Shown here: in pieces, positions 36,423 to 44,581 of the stretch
Position numbering within the stretch: the stretch's first letter is position 1
Layout of the letters: each line of letters starts with the position of its first letter
Assembly (NCBI GenBank): GCA_900542005.1
Contig: UQLW01000010.1
Location: 6,179-70,178, forward strand
Direction: 5' to 3'
Length of the DNA: 64,000 nucleotides
Source of the DNA: an uncultured Eubacteriales bacterium
Lineage (GTDB): Bacteria; Bacillota; Clostridia; Christensenellales; UMGS416
Program-made: the position numbers and the translations under genes
Notes under the pieces: generated by a model
Database searches by the model: none
What the model saw: only the letters and a program-made list of their open reading frames with translations
Told to the model about the DNA's origin: nothing

Positions 36423-37517
36423 ATGAAGTACGCGTTGATCGGCTGCGGCCGCATATCTACCAACCATATTAAAGCGGCGGTCGCTAACCATTTGGAAATT
36501 GTGGCAGTCTGCGACGTTGTGCCGGAGCATATGGAGGCAGTGCTGGCAAAGCATGGCCTGGAGCGGGATGGCTCCATCCACCGGTATACCGACTATAAGG
36601 AAATGCTGGAGAAGGAGAAGCCGGTTTTTGTAGCAATTGCAACCGAGAGCGGGCTTCATGCGGAAATTGCCCTGTATTGCATCGAGCATGGCGTGCATGT
36701 CATCATTGAAAAGCCCATGGCCATGAGCATGGCCGACGCCGACCGCATTGTAGCGCTGGCAGAGGAAAAGCAGGTGAAAGTCTGCGCCTGCCACCAGAAC
36801 CGGTTCAATCTGTCGGTACAGGAAATGCGGCGTGCGCTGGAATCTGGCCGCTTTGGCCGCTTATCCCATGGATCCATTCATGTGCGGTGGAATCGGAATA
36901 AGGACTACTATACCCAGGCGCCCTGGCGCGGCACCTGGGCCCAGGATGGCGGCTGCCTGATGAACCAATGCATCCACGGGATCGATCTGCTGCGCTGGAT
37001 GATGGGCGACGAGGTAGACGAGGTCTACGCGCAGACGGCCCAGCAGTTCCATGACTATTTGGAGTGCGAGGATGTGGGGATGGCCGTAGTCAAGTTTAAA
37101 AACGGCGCAATCGGCACCATCGAAGGTACGACCAACGTCTATCCCAAAAACCTGGAGGAGACGCTCTACCTATTTGGGCAAAACGGCACGGTAAAGCTGG
37201 GCGGTAAATCCTGCAATGCTATCGACGTATGGGAGATGCAGGATGAAACCGAACATGATACACAGCTGAAGCAGGGCTTCTTCGAGCACACGGAAAACGT
37301 CTATGGCAATGGTCATACTTCGGTTTATGCCGATATGATTGAAGCGATTGAGCAAGACCGGCCGCCTTATATAGATGGCAAGGCAGGACGGCGTGCGCTG
37401 GAGATGGTGCTGGCGATTTATCAGTCAGCGGCGACGGGCAAACCGGTTAAGCTGCCATTGAAGGACGTTTCTTCGACGGATTTTGTAGGAAGGTTTGGCA
37501 TCAGCCCCACTCGATAG
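36423..37517 (+). CDS. Gfo/Idh/MocA-family oxidoreductase (WbpB-like)
   Basis: The translation reads MKYALIGCGRISTNHIKA...EKPMAMS. The gene context with an aminotransferase and acetyltransferase supports a UDP-GlcNAcA 3-dehydrogenase role. Confidence 0.8.
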   Translation: MKYALIGCGRISTNHIKAAVANHLEIVAVCDVVPEHMEAVLAKHGLERDGSIHRYTDYKEMLEKEKPVFVAIATESGLHAEIALYCIEHGVHVIIEKPMAMSMADADRIVALAEEKQVKVCACHQNRFNLSVQEMRRALESGRFGRLSHGSIHVRWNRNKDYYTQAPWRGTWAQDGGCLMNQCIHGIDLLRWMMGDEVDEVYAQTAQQFHDYLECEDVGMAVVKFKNGAIGTIEGTTNVYPKNLEETLYLFGQNGTVKLGGKSCNAIDVWEMQDETEHDTQLKQGFFEHTENVYGNGHTSVYADMIEAIEQDRPPYIDGKAGRRALEMVLAIYQSAATGKPVKLPLKDVSSTDFVGRFGISPTR

Positions 37518-37520
37518 GCG

Positions 37521-38912
37521 ATGGATGTAATGGCAAAAATGGAAATTTGTACTCAGCGTATTTTATACCGCATCCGGACGAGCAGGATGATTAAGGCTAT
37601 TAAAGCGTCACGACCGGTTCAGCGGTGCCGTGAATTCGGTGCATTCTGCAATACAAATCGATATCTGCTGCAAATCGCATTGATCATTTTGTATCGGTTG
37701 TGTCTGGATTTTGTATATATAAAGGAAATATCCCCTCTATACAGTTATGCGGGCTTTACAGTCGACTTGAATCCATTGTGGTATTTATGCACCCTGTTGA
37801 CGGTAGCTATTTTTTCGCCCTTCTTGGCAGCTTTGCTGGAAAAGCAAGCTCCATCGGCAGCTATGATAACTTTTATTAGTTTATTGTATTTTATACCGCT
37901 TACATCCTACTGCGGCTGCAGACAGGGAAATATATTGTTTTTTATAATTGGAATTTGTTATTGGGCTATTCTTCTTTTGCTTGAATTTCGATTGCCCATA
38001 TTATATATAAAGCGACCATCCTATCGCCATGCCAGTGCATTTTTTGCTGTTTTAACAATTCTTTCCGCACTATTTGTACTATATATATCAGGCCGGTATG
38101 CCGGCTTCCGTATTACGTTAAACCTAACAAATGTTTATGGAATTCGAGCTGAGGCTGCTGACTATAATATACCTGGTATATTTTCATATATTTTATCGGG
38201 GATGCCTATTCTGCTATCCTTTTTGTTGCTGTATTGGCTACAACGAAGAAAATATTTGGTTGTCGGCGGCCTGTGCATCGTTTTTCTGCTCCTATTTTCT
38301 ATCAGTGCGCAAAAGTCTACGTTCTTTTTACTCCTTCTTATCCTGGCCGGATATTTTTTCTATCGGAAATGGATGCTAAGATGGGCGCCTGCGCTGTTGA
38401 TTCTAATGGTTATTGGCTCTGTTCTAATTAAAGAGCTGTTTGGTTCATTATGGATTATGTCTATGTTTATTAGACGAGTAATGTATCTGCCTGTTCAAAT
38501 AAGTGAAGCGTATATGGAATTCTTCCAAAATCAGCCGTTGAATCTATTCCGATATGGGATTATGGGAAAGTTGTCCTTTGATGGAATTTATTCTAGCGGG
38601 GTGCCTTATATTATCGGCGAATATATGGGCAGCGCGGGTACGTCGTGTAACAATGGCCTTTTAGGCGATGTATTTGCAAATTTGCCCACGATTATGGGAT
38701 TGTTTATTTTGCCTTTGATTTTAGTTCTATGCTTCCGTTTGATGAATGCTGTTACTTATCAGCATGAACCTAAGGTAACGATAGCACTGTGTATATATTT
38801 TGCTAATTCTTTTATCAATTGTTCTTGGAGTGTCGCATTGTTATCTCACGGATTTTTAATCGCCTGCCTGATGCTTTACTTTTTCCCCAAAAAGGAGATA
38901 CAGACGTCATGA
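37521..38912 (+). CDS. Polytopic membrane protein, O-antigen polymerase (Wzy)-like
   Basis: The product is about 460 aa with at least 10 predicted TM helices. It is very AT-rich and sits in a glycan locus. The start codon is uncertain. Confidence 0.55.
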   Translation: MDVMAKMEICTQRILYRIRTSRMIKAIKASRPVQRCREFGAFCNTNRYLLQIALIILYRLCLDFVYIKEISPLYSYAGFTVDLNPLWYLCTLLTVAIFSPFLAALLEKQAPSAAMITFISLLYFIPLTSYCGCRQGNILFFIIGICYWAILLLLEFRLPILYIKRPSYRHASAFFAVLTILSALFVLYISGRYAGFRITLNLTNVYGIRAEAADYNIPGIFSYILSGMPILLSFLLLYWLQRRKYLVVGGLCIVFLLLFSISAQKSTFFLLLLILAGYFFYRKWMLRWAPALLILMVIGSVLIKELFGSLWIMSMFIRRVMYLPVQISEAYMEFFQNQPLNLFRYGIMGKLSFDGIYSSGVPYIIGEYMGSAGTSCNNGLLGDVFANLPTIMGLFILPLILVLCFRLMNAVTYQHEPKVTIALCIYFANSFINCSWSVALLSHGFLIACLMLYFFPKKEIQTS

Positions 38913-39865
38913 AAAACCAGCTGATTACTTTTCAAACCCTGTGCAATGCTGTTAAGCACCAATATAAAATTTGGCTGCTTACAATCTTAGTTTTTACTGT
39001 AATTGGGGCGGGCGCAGGCTTTTTATACGCAAGCCGTGGATCCTCCAGCCAGGCGGGTGGAGCTCAGCCCTTAGAAGGGGTAGCAATATCCCAAGTGCCA
39101 TATAACGAAGAATACTATTTTACTATGCTGAACGCTATAGAAGAATATGCTGCGGACTGCTCGCGGTATTTGAATCAGCTCTTGGAAGAGGGTAGCTTAA
39201 CGGAAGAACAGATTAAGTCGCTGAAGGGTTATTCGGAAGCTTTGGTAGATTATCAAAAAATGCAGATAATACCGCTAAAGGAGATGTTAGCCTCGTCTGC
39301 ACGGATTTTTGTACCGGATGAATTTCAAAGCGTTTTAATTGAGAAGTATGAAGATAAACTTATAAATGCACGTTGGTGGTTTGAATCCACGAAATTAGCG
39401 GCTGAATTGGCGAAATCTATAGAAGCACCACGGGTGGATAATGAATCTGCAATGAAGTCTTATGCTGATATTTTAGATCAGGCCTCTCAGCATAGCTTAT
39501 GGGAAGTAGAAATTCAAAGTTTGGAAACGAAGCTTAACCTGTTAAAAAATGATTCGGCTCAGGTACATGCTGATGGAGCTATAGCTGAAAATACATTGGA
39601 TGCGGCAGTTCAATCGCTTCAAAGCATAGTGAATGGCATCAACCATACGGTTAATGATATTGCGGAAAAGAATCATTTAGAGATTACTATGGATCAGTCT
39701 AGCGAAGGGCTTATTACTTCAATACGGCATACTCACGCGGCATCCTCCACTAGAGAATCCTTTTTCATTATGGTGATTTTCTGCCTGCTGGTGGGCATCT
39801 GCTGCGGATTCTTTTTGGCTGTATACCGGGAATGCCGCGCGCAAAGCGCCTGTGACAGAGAGTAA
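38909..39865 (+). CDS. Polysaccharide co-polymerase (Wzz/PCP)-like protein, called from topology
   Basis: The product has an N-terminal TM helix, a helical ectodomain of about 250 aa and a C-terminal TM helix (FFIMVIFCLLVGICCGFFLAVY). The ATGA overlaps the upstream stop. There is no kinase domain. Confidence 0.45.
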   Translation: MKNQLITFQTLCNAVKHQYKIWLLTILVFTVIGAGAGFLYASRGSSSQAGGAQPLEGVAISQVPYNEEYYFTMLNAIEEYAADCSRYLNQLLEEGSLTEEQIKSLKGYSEALVDYQKMQIIPLKEMLASSARIFVPDEFQSVLIEKYEDKLINARWWFESTKLAAELAKSIEAPRVDNESAMKSYADILDQASQHSLWEVEIQSLETKLNLLKNDSAQVHADGAIAENTLDAAVQSLQSIVNGINHTVNDIAEKNHLEITMDQSSEGLITSIRHTHAASSTRESFFIMVIFCLLVGICCGFFLAVYRECRAQSACDRE

Positions 39866-41399
39866 ATCATCGAAAAGACGAAGAATCCTGGGAGGGCCTT
39901 CCTATTTGAAACAAAACAAATTACTTCGCGTATTTACATCCATTACTGGGGTGATTATCCTATCTAAGCTACTGGGGTTCGTCAGACAGATGATTACTGC
40001 CAGTGTGTTTGGCGCCACAATAGAAACGGATGTTATTAGTCTTTCGGAAGGCCTGATTGGCAACATTAAATATGTTCTGGTGCAAACACTGCTGACCTCT
40101 TTTGTGGCCATTTATCTTCATATTCGGGAGGAAGATCCTCGGAACGCCCGCCGTTTCGGCGTGGATGTCGGTAAAGCTTTTTCCCTTGTTGCGATGGTCA
40201 TAATTGGTGTAGTGTTGATATTTGCACAACAAATTGCAAAATTAATTGCGCCATCGTACTCTGCAGAGCATACTGCACAACTAGCTACATATCTGCGGAT
40301 TTATGCGCCTGTCCTCATACTATTTGTTTGGATGTCTGTTTTTCATGCTTTGCTCAACGCGAATCAACGGTTTATTCCTGGCGAATTGGAGGGCATGAAT
40401 CAAAGCATTATTCTGATCATTTTTATTCTGGCGCTCCAATCATTTTTAGGCGTACAGGTGCTGGTGGCTGCATTTTGGGCCTATGTCATATGGAATACAG
40501 TATTTCTTGGTTTTTTGTCGAAACCCTATTGGGAAAAATCTAGCGGAAATCCCTTTCGGAATCCTGCAATTAAAAGATTGCTACGGATGACAACGCCCTT
40601 GTTATTGGGATATTCAATGGTTTATATTAATCAGCAGGTAGATAAAATATTGGTTTCGGGCGAAGCAGCAGGCACTGTGACAGCACTAGGATATGCGGCA
40701 GTATTGTCAAATCTTGTCAGTACGTTAATTGCGTCGTTTTGCTCCATCTTGTTTACCTACATTACGATGCATATTTCAAAAAACGATGACGAAGTTGCAG
40801 CGAACATGGTGACGCGATCGGCGACAATGCTTATGATGATATTCTTGCCCATTAGCATCTTGACCATTATTTGCTCAGAAGATATTGTATCGATCGCCTT
40901 TGGACGGGGTGCTTTTACTTCGGAAAGCGTTAGTATTGCTGCCTCGGCTTTATGCGGGTATGCGCTTATGTTTGTTCCTTTGGTTCTGCGGGAGTTGTTT
41001 AGCCGCTTTCAATATGGGTATCAGAATTCAAAAATTCCTATGATTAACAGCACGATAGGAATTGTATTCAATATTGTGTTAAGTATCGTATTGTGTCCGC
41101 GATTTGGCGTGTTTGGCGTAACCTTTGCCAGTAGTGTGTCAGTATTGATATGCGGCGCCCTGAACACGTTTTCATCAAAGCGGAATAATGCTTACCTCTC
41201 AATGAAGCCATTACTGCGTTGCTTACCTTGGTTGTGTGTAGGTGGGACTGCCTGTGTAGCCGCAGCAATGTGGAGCTTGCATATAGTTACTATGGATTCA
41301 GCTTTACTTCGATTTGCCGTTGCTACGCTATGTGGGGGCGGTGCATATCTAATAATCGTTTCTCCCTATATATATCGCATCATAAAAAAGCGAACTTAG
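39852..41399 (+). CDS. MOP-superfamily flippase (MurJ/MviN-like)
   Basis: The N-terminus SKLLGFVRQMITASVFGAT is typical of MurJ, and there are about 14 TM helices. The track start at 39852 is a GTG. Confidence 0.75.
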   Translation: MTESKSSKRRRILGGPSYLKQNKLLRVFTSITGVIILSKLLGFVRQMITASVFGATIETDVISLSEGLIGNIKYVLVQTLLTSFVAIYLHIREEDPRNARRFGVDVGKAFSLVAMVIIGVVLIFAQQIAKLIAPSYSAEHTAQLATYLRIYAPVLILFVWMSVFHALLNANQRFIPGELEGMNQSIILIIFILALQSFLGVQVLVAAFWAYVIWNTVFLGFLSKPYWEKSSGNPFRNPAIKRLLRMTTPLLLGYSMVYINQQVDKILVSGEAAGTVTALGYAAVLSNLVSTLIASFCSILFTYITMHISKNDDEVAANMVTRSATMLMMIFLPISILTIICSEDIVSIAFGRGAFTSESVSIAASALCGYALMFVPLVLRELFSRFQYGYQNSKIPMINSTIGIVFNIVLSIVLCPRFGVFGVTFASSVSVLICGALNTFSSKRNNAYLSMKPLLRCLPWLCVGGTACVAAAMWSLHIVTMDSALLRFAVATLCGGGAYLIIVSPYIYRIIKKRT

Positions 41400-41430
41400 C
41401 GGAATTAACCTTTGATCAAGGAGGCATTTC

Positions 41431-43092
41431 ATGAAGAAGCTGTCGAATATCGGTAACTATCTAAAAGATCACCCGCTTTTCATTTGTTTAGGCGTACTGC
41501 TTTTAGCTGGTGCCGTAGTCGCATGTATTAAGCTAGTCCATATATCCCAAAACCGTCTTTCTGTTGATTCATTATGCGATTATGGTGTAGAAGTATTTGA
41601 CGTTCTGTTGGGTGGTGCGGCTGGTGACAATACGGAAGCTCAGGATGCACTGCGTCTGTGCCCATATCTTGTGACTACGCTGCGCTTTGGCGATGAAGCA
41701 AACTGGACAGAAGAGCTATATGAGCCCATAGATAAATTAATGGAGCAGTTCTACCAATATGGATATTTACCGCGGGAGCCCTATGATACATTGGAAAATT
41801 ATGTAACTTCAATGGACGCGCCGCTTTTGGCTGTAACTGCCCAGTTAGCTTATGAGCGGAGTGGAAATGAACGGTTTAAGAAATATGTGGAAGATTTAAT
41901 TCCCTATCTTGTCCAAGATACAAGCCAAATGGGTTATGTTTTAAAGCTAAATGATTCAGAGTGGTGGCCTCTGGAATATGCTTGGCAGGATATTACAGAA
42001 GATGACGCTTGGTTTGTATTAAATGGCTCTCTATATGGTATGGTTTGTGTAGAAATGCTGGAAAATCTTACAGGAGACGTACGATTGACAGAATTATCAG
42101 AAAAGGCTTTAAACGCTTACCGTACCAGAGCTGACAGCTTTCTTTATCCAGATGGTTCGTGGTGCTGGTATGATCTAAACAGCAAAAATGGCCAGAAAAA
42201 TATTAATAGCATTGAGAAGATGCTGATTGAGCTTAGAGCTTATAAATCTTTATATGTTTTGACCAATGAATCGTTTTATCTTGAGCAATATAATGTCCGC
42301 AGAGATTTGTTAGAAGCTGCCTTGCCTATGTATGTGTGTAGAACGGAGCAAGGCAACACCGCTATGCTGTTACGTGCTTGCTTACCGCATCCTTATATGG
42401 TCGACACATATCAAAGCACAATAGAATTTCTTGATGAGAAAGGAAATGTAGTTGCAACGACGGAGGCAACATCACGTGAAGTGGAAAACAGCTATATAAA
42501 GGTTTCAGTACCAGATAGCGTTAAATCTTATCGGCTATGGGGTCAGGTAAATACGGTAGATAAAACGCTTTTGGTTGAAGCGCCGGTTATTGACATAACG
42601 CCGGAAGCTTTGGAATTGAGCCCTGTTTCTGGAAAATGGAGCGCTACCGAAGATGGTCAGATAAACGACAAAAAGTTGACTGTTACAGCCGATGCTACTG
42701 AAAGCCTTAATGCACGTATTTATTTTGACATGGAAACTGCGCTTACGCTTCAGCAAAATACATATATTATTGTAGAGCTGAATAATCATTCGGATCAAAC
42801 AGTGCCCATGCGAGGATACTTTTATGATGAAAATGGCAATGCGGCAGATCGGACATTATTACCTTGTAAGCCAGGAAAAAGTATACAAATTCTGAATCAC
42901 ATTGGATTTAGAAATTTGTCGTTTCCCATCGCAAAGCTGCAAAAAATGTCCTTTGCCTTTGCAACCAACAATATGACTGAACCTGTTGCGGAAATTGAGA
43001 TTGGTAATATCTATGTTTGCCAAAATACCGCTCAAGTTATATCATATTTGGATCAATATGAATGGAAAGATTATTGGAGTGTAATCGAATAG
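41431..43092 (+). CDS. TM-anchored protein with a D-glucuronyl C5-epimerase C-terminal-like domain plus an uncharacterised beta-rich C-terminal domain
   Basis: The segment SMDAPLLAVTAQLAYERSGNERFKKY...WWPLEYAW...FVLNGSLYGMVCVEML...YPDGSWCWYDL follows the C5-epimerase (alpha/alpha barrel) pattern. An AAGGAGG RBS is present. Confidence 0.5.
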   Translation: MKKLSNIGNYLKDHPLFICLGVLLLAGAVVACIKLVHISQNRLSVDSLCDYGVEVFDVLLGGAAGDNTEAQDALRLCPYLVTTLRFGDEANWTEELYEPIDKLMEQFYQYGYLPREPYDTLENYVTSMDAPLLAVTAQLAYERSGNERFKKYVEDLIPYLVQDTSQMGYVLKLNDSEWWPLEYAWQDITEDDAWFVLNGSLYGMVCVEMLENLTGDVRLTELSEKALNAYRTRADSFLYPDGSWCWYDLNSKNGQKNINSIEKMLIELRAYKSLYVLTNESFYLEQYNVRRDLLEAALPMYVCRTEQGNTAMLLRACLPHPYMVDTYQSTIEFLDEKGNVVATTEATSREVENSYIKVSVPDSVKSYRLWGQVNTVDKTLLVEAPVIDITPEALELSPVSGKWSATEDGQINDKKLTVTADATESLNARIYFDMETALTLQQNTYIIVELNNHSDQTVPMRGYFYDENGNAADRTLLPCKPGKSIQILNHIGFRNLSFPIAKLQKMSFAFATNNMTEPVAEIEIGNIYVCQNTAQVISYLDQYEWKDYWSVIE

Positions 43093-43130
43093 TCGTAGTC
43101 CAACATTTAACTAACCTTTGACAGCCGAAT

Positions 43131-43184
43131 AAAAGCCCAAGCTGATTTCATCCAAGTGAGAGGATGAGATTCGCTTGGGCTTTT
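43131..43184 (+). terminator. Terminator candidate at the end of the glycan island
   Basis: A 12-bp stem (aaaagcccaagc pairs with gcttgggctttt) encloses a long loop of about 30 nt, followed by ttttgctgc. Confidence 0.4.
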
Positions 43185-43201
43185 GCTGCAAAAATTTTAT
43201 G

Positions 43202-44194
43202 TTACCTCCTCTGTTCCCTCTCCCGCTTTTTATCCCGCTTTTCATAGGCTTGGATGATGGCCTGGACCAGCTCGTGACGGACGACGTCCTTGGCGGTGAG
43301 TTGGCAGATCTCGATGCCGGGGACATGGGCGAGCACGTTGGTAGCGTCGACAAGGCCGCTGGTTTTGCCGGCCGGCAGGTCGATCTGGGTGACGTCGCCG
43401 GTGATAACCATGCGGCTGCCCTGGCCCATGCGGGTCAGGAACATCTTCATCTGCTCGGGCGTCGTATTTTGCGCTTCGTCCAGCACAATGAAGGCGTCGT
43501 TCAGGGTGCGGCCGCGCATATAGGCCATGGGCGCGACCTCAATGACCCCCTTCTCTTGCAGGCGGGCATAGCTCTCCTGCCCCAGCATATCGTAAAGCGC
43601 GTCGTAGAGCGGACGGAGATAGGGATCCACCTTGTTCTGCAGGTCGCCCGGCAGGAAGCCCAGCTTTTCGCCGGCCTCGACGGCCGGACGGGTCAGGACG
43701 ATGCGGCTGACCTCTTTATTTTTGATGGCCAGGCAGGCCATGGCCATGGCAAGATACGTTTTGCCGGTGCCGGCAGGGCCCACGGCAAAAACCACGGCAT
43801 TCTTCCGGATGGCGTCGATATACTTTTTCTGGCCGACGGTGCGGCACTTAATCTGCTTGCCCCGATGGGTGACCAGCACCACGTCGCCCATCATCTGCGA
43901 GATGAGGTCGGCCTGGCCCTCCCGGGCCAGGGATACGGCATAGCGCACCCGGCTCTTATCGATGGGTTCCTTCCGGGCGATCATTTCCAGCATCTTATCG
44001 AGCACGGCCACGGCGACCTGAACGTGGGCATCCTCGCCCTCCACGGTGAGCTCCCGGTCGCTTACGCGAATCTTCACGCCGCACTCCGATTCCAGTACCT
44101 GCATATTCTCGTCAAAGCTTCCGTAAAGGGCGATCAGCGCCTCCTGGCTGGGCACCTCCACCGAAGCGATAACCGTAGAAACTTCCTGCGTCAT
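43202..44194 (-). CDS. phoH: PhoH-family ATPase
   Basis: The Walker A motif [15 protein letters not shown] and the sequence [11 protein letters not shown] are present. The product is 330 aa. Confidence 0.9.
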   Translation of the reverse strand: MTQEVSTVIASVEVPSQEALIALYGSFDENMQVLESECGVKIRVSDRELTVEGEDAHVQVAVAVLDKMLEMIARKEPIDKSRVRYAVSLAREGQADLISQMMGDVVLVTHRGKQIKCRTVGQKKYIDAIRKNAVVFAVGPAGTGKTYLAMAMACLAIKNKEVSRIVLTRPAVEAGEKLGFLPGDLQNKVDPYLRPLYDALYDMLGQESYARLQEKGVIEVAPMAYMRGRTLNDAFIVLDEAQNTTPEQMKMFLTRMGQGSRMVITGDVTQIDLPAGKTSGLVDATNVLAHVPGIEICQLTAKDVVRHELVQAIIQAYEKRDKKREREQRR

Positions 44195-44344
44195 TGCATC
44201 CTCCTTGAAATGGGACGCCGAATCCGGCGGATCGACGAAAAGGCCGCGCGGCAGCGATTCCGCGCAGCCTTTATTTTTTCATTATAGCACAGGGCCACAG
44301 CCATTGCCACCGGTAGATTGGACAGGGCGATCCGGGCCCAGCAT

Positions 44345-44380
44345 AAAAGCGGCGCGCCGCCTGTCGGCAGGCGGCGCGCC
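44345..44380 (-). terminator. Rho-independent terminator (minus strand)
   Basis: A 13-bp perfect GC-rich stem (ggcgcgccgcctg pairs with caggcggcgcgcc) is followed by gctttta on the minus strand. Confidence 0.5.
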
Positions 44381-44386
44381 ATGGGC

Positions 44387-44564
44387 TTATAGGTCGTCGG
44401 CGTCCTGTACGGGGCGATCATCAGCGACAGGGGAGCCGGTATAGCTGCCCTGCACGTCCGAGGGCACCTCGCGGCCGCTTTGGCGGGCCAGGGTTGATCC
44501 GGCTTTTACGCCTTTCTCGGTGGGCTTTTTGCGGCCGCAGCCGCACTTGGTTTTCTCCTTCATG
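44387..44564 (-). other. Small ORF with a strong RBS and an apparent frame switch
   Basis: The ATG at 44564 follows GGAGGTG plus 7 nt. In that frame a 47-aa basic product stops at 44421. After the CCCACCC run, GC3 and amino-acid composition look better in the adjacent frame, which runs to a TAA at 44387-44389. Confidence 0.3.
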
Positions 44565-44581
44565 GACGTTCACCTCCGCCA

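Noticed and set aside
43175-44287. This group comprises the 370-aa plus ORF here, the 373-aa plus ORF at 47508-48629 and the 384-aa plus ORF at 48711-49865.
   Set aside because: Each is antisense to a gene with clear motifs: the PhoH Walker A, the lipoprotein/NAGPA-like NLDGGQST, and the BadF-type DGGGTKT. All three have low-complexity translations.
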